64,000 nucleotides of DNA from an uncultured Eubacteriales bacterium (lineage in GTDB: Bacteria; Acidobacteriota; Aminicenantia; Aminicenantales; Aminicenantaceae): the NCBI GenBank assembly GCA_964346815.1, contig CAYFWF010000047.1, positions 890 to 64,889 on the forward strand, read 5' to 3'. A program made the position numbers and the translations under genes. The notes below the pieces were generated by a model. It had not been told where the DNA came from. It ran no database searches and saw nothing but the letters and a program-made list of their open reading frames with translations. Shown here piece after piece: positions 17,163 through 27,425 of the stretch (position 1 is the stretch's first letter; the number at the start of each line of letters is the position of its first letter).

Positions 17163-19979
17163 ATGAACAAACCGAAGTTTTTCTTCTTCTTATCGGGTCT
17201 CTTCTTCCTTATCGGGAGCATTATTTATGCTATCGAAACCGGTGAAATAAAAGGAAAAGTCGTGGATGTGAACGGCGATGTTCTGCCCGGGGTTCAGGTC
17301 ACCGCCGAAAGCCCTAACCTCCAAGGCATCCGAACCGCTATATCAACGAATAACGGAGATTTTTCCTTTCCACTCCTTCCGGTAGGGAAATACACCCTGA
17401 CGTTCAAGCTCGAAGGGTTCAATCCCGTTATCCTGGAGGAAGTTCTCGTTCGATTGGGCAGAGTGACGAATCTGACTGTCACCATGAAAATCTCCGAACT
17501 TCAGGAAGAGGTGGTGGTGACGGCTTCGCCTCCCCTCATCGATAAAACATCCACAGATACGAGTTATCTCTTTAGTGAAAAAGAGCTGGAAAAAATTCCA
17601 GTCCAGACCCGCAACATCGTGGATGTGACGAAATTTACCCCTGGAGTGACAGGGGTCCGAATCAATACCCGCCGCGGCGTAGCCACACAAGGACAGCCAA
17701 GTTTCAGAGGAGAAGGAGAAGAAGGAAACACGTGGATAGTGGACGGACTTGCCATCAGCGGAGTGCGGCTCAAGAATGCGGGCGTTCCTATAAACTTCGA
17801 TTCTCTCGACGAGGTTCAAATCATTTCCGATCCATTCAGTCCTGAATACGGACCTGCCTACGGCGGAATCATCAACATGGTCACGAAGAGCGGGAGCAAT
17901 GATTTTAGCGGAGAGTTTTCCCTCGTTTTCACGAACAAAGGACTCCAATCCGCCCGTCAGGAGCAACTGGCAATCGTCAGCGAACCGTTCTCTTTTTCCA
18001 ACTATAACTGGTATTTCAATTTGGGCGGTCCCCTGATCAAAGACAAACTCTGGTTCTTCGCTTCCAATAACTTCTTCACGGATACAGAAGAGACCCGGAA
18101 TACCACTGTGGACTACTTCGAAGTTCCTGGCGGGAGACTCAATACCCGCAACAATAATGTGTTTCTCAAGCTGAGTTACGCAATGAACGACAATCATCAT
18201 ATAAGTCTGACATCCGTGTTCAACAAATCCTTAGGCCAAAAGGGGGGCACAGGAATTCCGGATCTGTATGAAGACCACAGATTCACCGACCTCGTTTTCC
18301 GGCTGAACTACAAGGGGATCCTCGACGCAACGACCTTTGTAGAAGCGGGATTCGGGCTGGTCAACCGGGATGACCTGAAGGAGCCCCAGAATGGGGATCT
18401 CGGTCCGGCCCAGTATTATATCGAGGATCTGGCAAGAAACATCCATAACAGCTATGGATATGTCATCGATGACCAATACAGATGGGATTTCAATGTGAAG
18501 CTCACAAAATATTTCGATACCCCGAACTTCGGCCACCATGAAATCAATCTCGGATTCGAATACACCTCTTTTGGATCGGAATTTGTAGTGGATTTCTCCG
18601 GCCAGGATGAGGACATATTCCCCCATAATGGATTCGATAACGGAACAAAGTACTATTTCACATCATGGAAAGAAGGAGCAAAGACTCCGACTTTTTTTTA
18701 TGAATACGGAGCTTTCAACTTCACAAATTCTTCCCGCGGCATGGGGATCTACATCAAAGATAAGATGACCGTAGGAAGATTCACTTTTATGGCAGGCTTC
18801 CGCAGCCAAACCCAAGCATGTCTCGACGAAAACAAAGAACGGCTCTGGTCCTGGGGTCTCAGCGACTTTTTCGCTCCCCGGCTTTCTGCCGCTTTAGATG
18901 TGACAGGTGATGGGAAAAACGTCCTGAAACTGGGATGGGGAAGATTCTCTGACTACATCACAACCATGCCCTTGGGGCTTTTAAGTTCCGGGGCAGGTCT
19001 GAGTTTCCGGAACTTCAGCTGGATAGGCCCCATCAATCCCACTGATTCCGAACGCCGCGATCCTTCGAACTGGAACTTTGAAGTCGAACAAAAGCTGCAA
19101 GCCTTCGAAATTTCCAGCGGTTTAAAGCCCAACTTTCTTACCCGATATTTGATCCAATTCGACAGGAGGATCGGAACAAACTGGGCCCTCAGCGCAAGAT
19201 ATGTCCATTCGAGCGCCGATGACCTTCTCGAAGTTCTGGCCCTTTTCGATCCTGTCACACTCTATAAATTTCTCTACGATAATTTTGAACACAAGAGAAG
19301 AAATTACAATGGATTCGAGATAGAATTGAACGGAAGAATCGGAGGCTCATTCTTTTTGAACGCTTCATACAGCCATGCATCCGCCAAGGGAACGAATCCA
19401 GGCCAAGTGGAGACAGGCTCCTGGAGCCAGGAAGAAGGAAGCACCAATTTTTTGGGGCTTTTCGGCAATCATCTTTATGTTCCCAGTCTTCCTGAGCTGA
19501 AAGAGATAAAAGAATGGGCAGACCGGTCACTCGGCGGACTCGGGGGGAGGGGGATCGGAGATGAAGGCTGGTATGGAAAGCTCCCCTACTCTATAGACCA
19601 CAGCGTTAAAATCAACGCCATATACTTCGCTCCTTACAAGATGACCTTTTCCTCGGCGTTCGAATATATCTCGGGATATTACTGGGAGAAACTGGGTTAT
19701 GTGCCTTTCTTCGGAGGATATTACTCCTTTCCCGAAGGTCGAGGAACTCAAAAGACTCCCGGCCATTATTATCTCGATCTAGGAATAGAGAAAGAGATCC
19801 TCTTGAAAAGCCTCCGCCTTCCTGAAACAATGGCCCTCATATTGAGATTCGATGTATTGAATCTGCTGAACAGCCAGAAACCGATTTCCTATGTTAAGGA
19901 AGACATCCCGATCTTCGGACATGTTTGGGCCAAGCAGCAGCCCAGGCAAGCTCGTGTTACGGTCAGGTTGAAGTGGTAA
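17163..19979 (+). CDS. TonB-dependent receptor-like outer-membrane protein with N-terminal carboxypeptidase-regulatory-like domain
   Basis: Signal peptide; CarbopepD_reg-like segment (GKVVDVNGDVLPGVQVTAE...GKYTLTFKLEGF); plug-like region; C-terminus ends in aromatic W; AAGGAGA RBS. Confidence 0.75.
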   Translation: MNKPKFFFFLSGLFFLIGSIIYAIETGEIKGKVVDVNGDVLPGVQVTAESPNLQGIRTAISTNNGDFSFPLLPVGKYTLTFKLEGFNPVILEEVLVRLGRVTNLTVTMKISELQEEVVVTASPPLIDKTSTDTSYLFSEKELEKIPVQTRNIVDVTKFTPGVTGVRINTRRGVATQGQPSFRGEGEEGNTWIVDGLAISGVRLKNAGVPINFDSLDEVQIISDPFSPEYGPAYGGIINMVTKSGSNDFSGEFSLVFTNKGLQSARQEQLAIVSEPFSFSNYNWYFNLGGPLIKDKLWFFASNNFFTDTEETRNTTVDYFEVPGGRLNTRNNNVFLKLSYAMNDNHHISLTSVFNKSLGQKGGTGIPDLYEDHRFTDLVFRLNYKGILDATTFVEAGFGLVNRDDLKEPQNGDLGPAQYYIEDLARNIHNSYGYVIDDQYRWDFNVKLTKYFDTPNFGHHEINLGFEYTSFGSEFVVDFSGQDEDIFPHNGFDNGTKYYFTSWKEGAKTPTFFYEYGAFNFTNSSRGMGIYIKDKMTVGRFTFMAGFRSQTQACLDENKERLWSWGLSDFFAPRLSAALDVTGDGKNVLKLGWGRFSDYITTMPLGLLSSGAGLSFRNFSWIGPINPTDSERRDPSNWNFEVEQKLQAFEISSGLKPNFLTRYLIQFDRRIGTNWALSARYVHSSADDLLEVLALFDPVTLYKFLYDNFEHKRRNYNGFEIELNGRIGGSFFLNASYSHASAKGTNPGQVETGSWSQEEGSTNFLGLFGNHLYVPSLPELKEIKEWADRSLGGLGGRGIGDEGWYGKLPYSIDHSVKINAIYFAPYKMTFSSAFEYISGYYWEKLGYVPFFGGYYSFPEGRGTQKTPGHYYLDLGIEKEILLKSLRLPETMALILRFDVLNLLNSQKPISYVKEDIPIFGHVWAKQQPRQARVTVRLKW

Positions 19980-19984
19980 TCCTG

Positions 19985-21814
19985 CTACTCGACGGTGACA
20001 CTTTTAGCGAGGTTCCGCGGCTGGTCCACATCCGCTCCTCTTTTGGCGGCTATATAATAGGCGAAGAGCTGAAGAGGAAGTGTCGTCAGGAACGGCGTGA
20101 ATAGGGGATGGACTGAAGGAATAGGGATCACCTCGTCCACTTTATCCCTTATCTCGTCATCGTCTTCGAAAGCTACGGCAATCACATAGCCGATTCTCGT
20201 CTTGACCTCTGAGATATTGCTCAGTATTTTTTCATAGACCCGGTCTCTGGGAACGATGACCAGAGTGGGCATCAAGTCATCGATAAGTGCAATCGGTCCG
20301 TGTTTCATTTCTCCGCCCGCATATCCTTCGGCATGGATGTAAGAAATCTCCTTCAACTTCAGCGCTCCTTCCAAGGCTACTGGATAGCTCACCCATCGCC
20401 CCAGATAAAGAAAATGGGAAAAGGGAACGAACCGCACGGCCTGTTCTTCGATCGTTTTGTTTCCGAGGAGGATGATTTCCATTTTATGAGGGATGCACTG
20501 AAGAGTCTGGACAAGGGAGAGACTTTCTTCTGCATCCAGCTTCTCTTTGATCTGTCCCAGATATATGGCCAATAAGGCCAAAGCAGCCATCTGCGCAGAA
20601 AAAGTCTTGGTAGCGGCTACTCCGATTTCAGGGCCGGCATGAGTGTAAAGGACTCCGTCGGCTTCTCTGGCAATCGAGGAATTCACCACGTTGCAGACAG
20701 CCAGGGTCAAAACTCCTCTTCTTTTTATCGCTCTCATTGCAGCCAGAGAATCAGCCGTTTCCCCGGATTGTGAGATAACAACGACCAGAGCATTCTCCTC
20801 CAATACGAAATCACTGTATCTGTATTCCGAGGCATATTCCACATCCACCGGAACCTGTGCGAGGCTTTCAATGAAATATTTACCCAGGAGCCCTGCGTGA
20901 TACGAAGTTCCACAGGCAATGACCACCACTCTGTCGATCTCTCGGAGCTGGTCTGACGTTATCCCGATTTCCTCCAAAAAGACCCTGCCTGTCTCCAGAG
21001 ATATTCTTCCCTTGAAGGTATCTCTGACCACCTGGGGCTGCTCGAATATCTCTTTGAGCATAAAGTGCTTGAATCCCCTTTTTTCGATCATCAAAGGATT
21101 CCACTCGATGTGTTCTGGCTTTTTTTCCAACACCTTCCCGGAAAAGTCACAGAATTCAATGCCGGACGGCTGTATGACGGCCATTTCCCCGTCCTCGAGA
21201 AAGACGATTTCCCTGGTGTGGCTGATCAAAGGATTGATGTCGGAAGAAATAAAAAACTCCTGTTCTCCAATACCCACTACAGCCGGGGGGCCCATCTTGG
21301 CGGCAACGATTTTATCGGGATCTTTGACCGAAACCACTGCGATCGCAAAATCCCCTGTCAGTTCCTTGAGGGCCTGCTGGACAGCGCTTTCCAGAGATCC
21401 ATCATAATATTTTTCGATGAGATGAGCGATGACCTCTGTATCCGTTTCGGTTTGGAAGGTATGTCCCTCCTCACCGAGCCTGTTTTTCAGAGGAAGATAA
21501 TTTTCGATAATCCCATTGTGAACGACAACCAAAGAACCCGTGCAATCCTGATGGGGATGGGCGTTCTCTTCTGAAGGCCGCCCGTGGGTAGCCCACCGGG
21601 TATGGCCGAGACCGAAGCGGCCAGCGAGCGGTGCCTTTTCCAGGCTTTTTTCCAGCTCGCTTATTTTGCCCATGACTCTCTTTCGGTGGATTTTTCCCTC
21701 GGCGATCACAGCGATACCGGCAGAGTCATAGCCCCTGTATTCGAGTTTTTTCAATCCTTCCAAAAGGATGGGAACAACCTCCTTTAAACCCACATACCCG
21801 ATGATCCCGCACAT
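19985..21814 (-). CDS. glmS: glutamine--fructose-6-phosphate aminotransferase
   Basis: N-terminal MCGIIGY catalytic Cys; two SIS domains; C-terminal ...AKSVTVE. Confidence 0.95.
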   Translation of the reverse strand: MCGIIGYVGLKEVVPILLEGLKKLEYRGYDSAGIAVIAEGKIHRKRVMGKISELEKSLEKAPLAGRFGLGHTRWATHGRPSEENAHPHQDCTGSLVVVHNGIIENYLPLKNRLGEEGHTFQTETDTEVIAHLIEKYYDGSLESAVQQALKELTGDFAIAVVSVKDPDKIVAAKMGPPAVVGIGEQEFFISSDINPLISHTREIVFLEDGEMAVIQPSGIEFCDFSGKVLEKKPEHIEWNPLMIEKRGFKHFMLKEIFEQPQVVRDTFKGRISLETGRVFLEEIGITSDQLREIDRVVVIACGTSYHAGLLGKYFIESLAQVPVDVEYASEYRYSDFVLEENALVVVISQSGETADSLAAMRAIKRRGVLTLAVCNVVNSSIAREADGVLYTHAGPEIGVAATKTFSAQMAALALLAIYLGQIKEKLDAEESLSLVQTLQCIPHKMEIILLGNKTIEEQAVRFVPFSHFLYLGRWVSYPVALEGALKLKEISYIHAEGYAGGEMKHGPIALIDDLMPTLVIVPRDRVYEKILSNISEVKTRIGYVIAVAFEDDDEIRDKVDEVIPIPSVHPLFTPFLTTLPLQLFAYYIAAKRGADVDQPRNLAKSVTVE

Positions 21815-23193
21815 TATTTTTTCCCTTTCTTTTTCCCCCACCCGGGCTTTTCGACCTGTCTGGCTCGAGCAACGGCAAGAGCGCCAGGAGAAACGTCTTT
21901 GTTTATTGTCGATCCTGCCCCGACATAGGCTTTTTTCCCAATTTTGACAGGTGCGATGAGCTCCGTACCCGAGCCGATGAAGGCCTCATCATCGATGAAG
22001 GTTCTGTGCTTTTTGCGCCCGTCATAATTACAGGTTATCGTTCCTGCTCCGATGTTGACCTTCTCCTTGATCTCGCTGTCTCCCAGATAGGTGAGGTGCA
22101 TGGCCTTCGATCCCTTGCCAAAAACAGTGTTTTTTACTTCGACAAAATTGCCGACTTTGGCTCCGCTTTTGATTACGGTCTTTGGTCTAAGATGAGAGAA
22201 AGGACCTATCTGGGCATTTTCTTCAACAGTGCATTCCTCGATCACGGTCGAGGTCAAAACCCTCACCCCCCTGCCCAATCGGGCATGAGATACATGGACG
22301 AAAGGATAGAGAGTGCATTTTTCGCCGATTATCGACTTGCCCTCCAGAATCACGGATGGATAAAGAGTCGTGTCCCTCCCGATTTTCACATCGAGATCGA
22401 TCCAGGTGGAACTTGGGTCGTATATCGTGACTCCGCTCTGGGCAAGGGATTTGATTTTTCTCAACCGCAGAATCTCCACCGCTTTTGCCAGTTCGAAACG
22501 GTCATTTATTCCGACGATTTCCTGTTCGTCGGGAGTTTTGAAGATCCCGACTTTTTTCCCTTCGCTGGACATAATCTCTATGATGTCTGTGAGGTAAAAC
22601 TCGCCCTTTTTATTCAGGTTCGAAATTTTAGGGAGCGACTGGAGAAGATCCTCGATCCTGAAAAGATAGATGCCGACATTTGCCTCCTTGATCTTCCGAA
22701 CAGCAGGAGTGGCGTCTTTCTCCTCTACGATTCTTATCCCATCGTTTTCAAGGTAGGTGACTCTTCCGAATCCCGCTGGATCCTCCATTTCTGCGCTTAC
22801 AAAAGTCAGGGCATTCCCCTGTTGTCGATGCTTTCTCACCATTGGTCTGAACGTCTCTGGCCGGACCAAAGCTAAATCTCCATTGATCACGAGCAAATCT
22901 TTTTGCTGGTGTTTCTGGAGAATGTCTTTCGCTGCAAGAACAGCATGCGCTGTTCCCAGTTGTTTTTTCTGGATTACAAATCCGACTCTTCCCGAAAACT
23001 TCTCCTTGATAACCTGGTCCTTTTGATAACCGACAACCACATACACTGCTTCTGGCCTCAGGCCAAGAGCACAGTCCACCACCAAATGAATCATAGGTTT
23101 TCCAAGCAGAGGATGGAGAACTTTAATCTTGTCTGACTTGAATCTGGTTCCCTTACCTGCAGCTAAAACAAGAGCCAGAAGGTTCTTTCTCAT
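21814..23193 (-). CDS. glmU: bifunctional UDP-N-acetylglucosamine pyrophosphorylase / glucosamine-1-phosphate N-acetyltransferase
   Basis: N-terminal LAAGKGTRFKS nucleotidyltransferase motif; C-terminal left-handed beta-helix hexapeptide repeats; TAATG overlap with glmS. Confidence 0.95.
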   Translation of the reverse strand: MRKNLLALVLAAGKGTRFKSDKIKVLHPLLGKPMIHLVVDCALGLRPEAVYVVVGYQKDQVIKEKFSGRVGFVIQKKQLGTAHAVLAAKDILQKHQQKDLLVINGDLALVRPETFRPMVRKHRQQGNALTFVSAEMEDPAGFGRVTYLENDGIRIVEEKDATPAVRKIKEANVGIYLFRIEDLLQSLPKISNLNKKGEFYLTDIIEIMSSEGKKVGIFKTPDEQEIVGINDRFELAKAVEILRLRKIKSLAQSGVTIYDPSSTWIDLDVKIGRDTTLYPSVILEGKSIIGEKCTLYPFVHVSHARLGRGVRVLTSTVIEECTVEENAQIGPFSHLRPKTVIKSGAKVGNFVEVKNTVFGKGSKAMHLTYLGDSEIKEKVNIGAGTITCNYDGRKKHRTFIDDEAFIGSGTELIAPVKIGKKAYVGAGSTINKDVSPGALAVARARQVEKPGWGKKKGKK

Positions 23194-23741
23194 GCCATCT
23201 TCGTGATCACTTTAAACTTTTTGTCCTCCCAGACAGACTCGAAAACGGTTTCATTCTGGGCTAATATTCCGAAGAATTTGTCCAGGTGGACAGCGTCCTT
23301 CAAAGCTTCCAAACATTTTTCCATGTTTCCTGTTTGGCAGTAGACAAGTGACATCAAATAAGGGATTTTTCCCTCTTTAGGTTCCTTCTCTCTGGCTTTC
23401 GTCAAGAGTTTGATTGCCTCCTCATAATCCTCTTGGTTAAGCTTGTATACTCCGTACTGATAATAATCCTCGAAGGTCTTCAGCTGGATCGATTCTTTAT
23501 CCAGACGGTTTTCAGAAATGGAAAGATAAATCTTTGCGCGGTCGATCAGCTCTTTTTCTTCAGGATATTTTTCTATAAATGCTTCGAACAGCTCTTTTGC
23601 CTTGGCAAAATCTCCTTTGCGAAAGGATTTCATGGCCTGACCGTAGGCAGCTAGAGATTTCTCGTAGGCGTCCTTTTTCAATTTTTCTTTGGATTCTGGC
23701 AACTCTTTTCTCCCTGTGTTTGTTTCTAAGTTTTTTGTCAT
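23190..23741 (-). CDS. TPR repeat protein
   Basis: Three TPR-like units; ATGA overlap with glmU. Confidence 0.55.
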   Translation of the reverse strand: MTKNLETNTGRKELPESKEKLKKDAYEKSLAAYGQAMKSFRKGDFAKAKELFEAFIEKYPEEKELIDRAKIYLSISENRLDKESIQLKTFEDYYQYGVYKLNQEDYEEAIKLLTKAREKEPKEGKIPYLMSLVYCQTGNMEKCLEALKDAVHLDKFFGILAQNETVFESVWEDKKFKVITKMA

Positions 23742-23842
23742 TTTATATCAGAATCTTGTCTTTGACAAGGGCAGATCGGAACCGGGCGGGTAAGCGCGCT
23801 GAAAACGGCCTTTTCATCGGAACTTTACGAGGAGAGGTTCTT

Positions 23843-24679
23843 TTAGGCTTTTTCCCAATATTCCAGGTGATCTAACAAGAATCTGACCATCTTCAAATGA
23901 AGGACATGCCCCGCCTTTTTGGCAATAAAATGTCCGATTACAGGGACTCCGGTGAGCGATAGATCGCCGATGAAATCCAGAATCTTGTGCCTTACAAATT
24001 CATCGGGAAAACGAAGGGGGCCGCTTATCACCCCCTTTCTATCGAGCACAACGGCATTCTTCAGTGAGCCCCCTAAAGCCAATCCTTTTGCCCGAAGATC
24101 GGGAATATCTTCGATGAAGCCGAATGTCCGGGCAGGGGCTATTTCTCTTTCAAAACTTTCTCGATCCACAGAAAGAGAGAATCCCTGCCGTTTGATACTC
24201 GGATGTCGGAAAGAGATTTGGTATGTCACCTTGAGTCCTGAGTCAGGCAAAACAGAAATCGAAGCATCGCGATCCTTGATGATGAAAGGCTTGGTGATCG
24301 TCAATGTGCTTTTTTTTTGAGCCAGCTCCCTCGTTCCAGCCTGGCGCACCGCTTGGGCAAAAGGAGCAGCGCTCCCGTCCATTATAGGAACTTCATCTCC
24401 GTTGAGTTCCACGATCAAACTATCTATCCCATTCACCCATAGAACAGCAAGAAGATGCTCGAGTGTATAAACCTTTCCTTTTCTCGTTTTCAACATGGTG
24501 CAGTTTTGAGACTCCACTTTTGCTGGATCCAGAGGGAATTCGAAATCCTCCACATCTGTTCGTCTGAACAGGATTTTCCCCGATTCAGAGGGTTTCAGCT
24601 TCATCTCGACTGATTTTCCTGTATGAATACCCACCCCTGAAACCACAATCTCTTTTTCGATCGTTTTTCTGTTTATCAT
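23843..24679 (-). CDS. lpxC: UDP-3-O-acyl-N-acetylglucosamine deacetylase
   Basis: Whole-length LpxC-like sequence including HTGK near N-terminus and HLLAVL region. Confidence 0.9.
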   Translation of the reverse strand: MINRKTIEKEIVVSGVGIHTGKSVEMKLKPSESGKILFRRTDVEDFEFPLDPAKVESQNCTMLKTRKGKVYTLEHLLAVLWVNGIDSLIVELNGDEVPIMDGSAAPFAQAVRQAGTRELAQKKSTLTITKPFIIKDRDASISVLPDSGLKVTYQISFRHPSIKRQGFSLSVDRESFEREIAPARTFGFIEDIPDLRAKGLALGGSLKNAVVLDRKGVISGPLRFPDEFVRHKILDFIGDLSLTGVPVIGHFIAKKAGHVLHLKMVRFLLDHLEYWEKA

Positions 24680-24811
24680 CTTTTCCGCATAAATTATCCG
24701 GACTAAAAGTATAGCTTATGTGAAAACGGCCGGTCAATCAGGGATTGGGAGCTGCCTCTCTTATCAGTATGAGCTAGCTTTTGCTGCTGCACATATGCTA
24801 GAATTTGGAAA

Positions 24812-25555
24812 ATGAAAAACCTCATTGAAGACATTCTCAATAAAGTCCATGAAGGAGCTCTCTCCCCGAAAAAGGCCCTCCAATTGCTGAAGGATTATCC
24901 CTATCAAGATCTGGCTTTTGCCAAAATCGACCATCACCGGGAGCTCAGACGAGGATTCCCTGAGGTCATATTCGGACAGGGGAAAACCGAAGACCAAATC
25001 GTAAAGATTTCCCGGGAAATTCTCAGAAAAGGCAACAGCCTCTTGATCACAAAGGTGGATCCTTCAGTGTTCGATAAGATAAAGAGCAAATTGCCCGGAG
25101 TTCAGTACAATACTCATGCCAAAGCAATCTACAGCAAAAATAAGGTTCCTGCCAAAGGAAAAGGCAAAATCATAGTGATCACAGCAGGCACATCCGATAT
25201 GCCTGTAGCCGAGGAAGCGGCTGTAACATGCGAAATCTTCGGGAACGATGTGGAAAGGATCTACGACGTGGGAGTGGCAGGCCTTCACCGACTTTTCGGA
25301 GAATATGATAAAATCACGAAAGCGAGGGTTCTGATTACGGTAGCTGGAATGGAGGGGGCTCTTCCCAGTGTGATAGCTGGAATCACGGATAAGCCGATTA
25401 TCGCTGTACCCACCAGTGTAGGATACGGAGCAAGCTTAAAAGGCCTGGCAGCCCTTCTGGCAATGCTCAATTCCTGCCCCGGCGGCGTGGCTGTAGTCAA
25501 TATCGATAACGGATTCGGTGCCGCCTATCTCGCCAGCCTCATCAACCACCTCTGA
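24812..25555 (+). CDS. PurE-like AIR-carboxylase-related protein (LarB-like nickel-pincer cofactor biosynthesis family)
   Basis: ~250 aa; PurE-like core (IIVITAGTSDMPVAEEA...VAGMEGALPSVIAG); N-terminal extension typical of COG1691/LarB proteins. Confidence 0.55.
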   Translation: MKNLIEDILNKVHEGALSPKKALQLLKDYPYQDLAFAKIDHHRELRRGFPEVIFGQGKTEDQIVKISREILRKGNSLLITKVDPSVFDKIKSKLPGVQYNTHAKAIYSKNKVPAKGKGKIIVITAGTSDMPVAEEAAVTCEIFGNDVERIYDVGVAGLHRLFGEYDKITKARVLITVAGMEGALPSVIAGITDKPIIAVPTSVGYGASLKGLAALLAMLNSCPGGVAVVNIDNGFGAAYLASLINHL

Positions 25556-25574
25556 AATGTCCTCTCTCAGAATC

Positions 25575-25603
25575 TTGACAATTTATGTACTCGACCCTAT
25601 ATT
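25575..25603 (+). promoter_or_regulatory. sigma70-like promoter upstream of dnaG (TTGACA-17-TATATT)
   Basis: Consensus -35 and near-consensus -10 with 17-bp spacer, 34 bp upstream of dnaG ATG. Confidence 0.45.
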
Positions 25604-25636
25604 TTATGAGTTAAACTCCATTGCTCATCGAAAATC

Positions 25637-27382
25637 ATGGAAGTTATCGACCAAATAAGGCAAACTGCCAATATCCTTGAAATCGCCTCCCAATATACGA
25701 CGCTGAAAAGGAGCGGACGGAGGCATGTTGGACTCTGTCCTTTTCATTCGGAAAAGACTCCGTCATTCACTATCGATGAAGAAAAGCAGCTCTTTCACTG
25801 CTTCGGATGCGGGGCAGGCGGTGATCTTTTCACTCTCGTCATGGAGAAGGAAAATCTCAGTTTCTCTGAGGCACTACGTTACTTGGCACAGAAATACCAT
25901 ATCACGCTGCCCGAGAGGAAAAGACTGTCTCCCCAATATAAGAGACTCGAAGAGAACATCCTGAAGCTCACAGAAAGTGCGCTCGCTTTCTTCAAAAAAA
26001 ACCTCTTCAATACAGGAGAAGGAAGAAAAGCCCTGGAATATTTGAAAAAGAGGCACATTTCCGATGAAATCATCCAGAAATTCAAGCTCGGCTATGCCTT
26101 GAACTCCTGGGACTCCCTCATTTCCTATTTTCAGAGGCAAAAGGTATCACCCAAACTTCTGGAGAAAGCGGGTTTAGTCATTTACAATCCAAAAAAAGAA
26201 AGTTACTATGACCGATTCCGGGGGAGAATCATCTTCCCCATTTTCAGCGAAACCGGAAAAGCCGTGGCTTTTGGAGGAAGAAGCCTGTTCGATGCCGAAC
26301 CCAAATATCTCAATTCTCCAGACACACCTATATATAAAAAAGGGGGGCTCCTTTACGGCTTAAATTTCTGTAAAGAAGTAATCCGGGAAAAACAAGAAAT
26401 TATATTGGTAGAAGGATACACGGACTTCATCTCCCTATTCCAAGCTGGAATAAAAAACCTCGCAGCTTCCCTTGGGACAAGCCTGACATCAGAACAGATT
26501 TCAAAAGCGAGAAATTTCGCAAGGAAAAAAATGATCATATGCTTCGACGCAGATACAGCTGGTGTGAAAGCAGCTGGCCGTGCAGTATCATTGGGTTTTG
26601 AGGAAGGCATGCAAACATATATTTTGAGGCTCCCTCAAGGAAATGATCCTGACAGTTTTGTGAGAAAGTTCGGGGCTGAGGCATTTCTCAAATCAATAGA
26701 AGGGAGCACACCGGGCTTGAAATTTCTCATCGAAATGCAAAAAAGAGATTTCAACTCTGATATTCCGGAAGAAAAAGCACAAATCGCTAACAAGATTGCC
26801 AGCGAGTTAGAAAAAATATCCGATCTCGTCGTGCGGGACGATTACATAAAACAAACTTGCGAGTATCTTGGCATCGACGAAGGCGACCTAAGATCAAGAA
26901 TCAAGCAGAAAAAGAAGGAACCAACGGTGGCGGGAAAAATCACTTTGCTCCCTGTCGAGGAAATCCTTCTTCTTATACTTTTCAAACATAAGGCCATCGC
27001 CCAATCCCTTCTCGGAAGCCTTAATTTGCAGTACTTGAAAGGACTCAGGAGCGAACCTATTTTCAGAACAGCTCAAATCATATATGATAAAAACAAAAGA
27101 CTGCCTGAAATCTCAGACGTCAAGAGGGAACTAGACAAATCGCTTTACAGTTCCTTATCAGAAATTTTGATGGAGAGCGATTATGTCCCCTCCAAAGAAG
27201 AAGTGAAGGATTGTCTTGAAATAATAAAAGAAAGATATCTCGAAAACAAGCGCAAAGAATTGAGAATTCAAATCGACAGATTGCAGCGAAACAAAGAAGA
27301 AGACGATAAAATCAAACCACTTCTCAAACAAATAGCTGATATTACAAATCAATTATCAGCGATGCCGCAACGAAATCAATGA
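25637..27382 (+). CDS. dnaG: DNA primase
   Basis: CHC2 zinc finger (CPFHSEKTPSF...CFGCGAGGD); TOPRIM region (EGYTDFIS...DADTAG). Confidence 0.9.
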   Translation: MEVIDQIRQTANILEIASQYTTLKRSGRRHVGLCPFHSEKTPSFTIDEEKQLFHCFGCGAGGDLFTLVMEKENLSFSEALRYLAQKYHITLPERKRLSPQYKRLEENILKLTESALAFFKKNLFNTGEGRKALEYLKKRHISDEIIQKFKLGYALNSWDSLISYFQRQKVSPKLLEKAGLVIYNPKKESYYDRFRGRIIFPIFSETGKAVAFGGRSLFDAEPKYLNSPDTPIYKKGGLLYGLNFCKEVIREKQEIILVEGYTDFISLFQAGIKNLAASLGTSLTSEQISKARNFARKKMIICFDADTAGVKAAGRAVSLGFEEGMQTYILRLPQGNDPDSFVRKFGAEAFLKSIEGSTPGLKFLIEMQKRDFNSDIPEEKAQIANKIASELEKISDLVVRDDYIKQTCEYLGIDEGDLRSRIKQKKKEPTVAGKITLLPVEEILLLILFKHKAIAQSLLGSLNLQYLKGLRSEPIFRTAQIIYDKNKRLPEISDVKRELDKSLYSSLSEILMESDYVPSKEEVKDCLEIIKERYLENKRKELRIQIDRLQRNKEEDDKIKPLLKQIADITNQLSAMPQRNQ

Positions 27383-27425
27383 AACATTTGTATAAAACTA
27401 AAGAGAATGGATACCTATAGAGGAG

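Noticed and set aside
17343-18200. 285-aa minus-strand ORF
   Set aside because: Antisense to the TonB-dependent receptor-like gene. A shadow ORF.
22006-22875. 289-aa plus-strand ORF
   Set aside because: Antisense to glmU, which is unambiguous.
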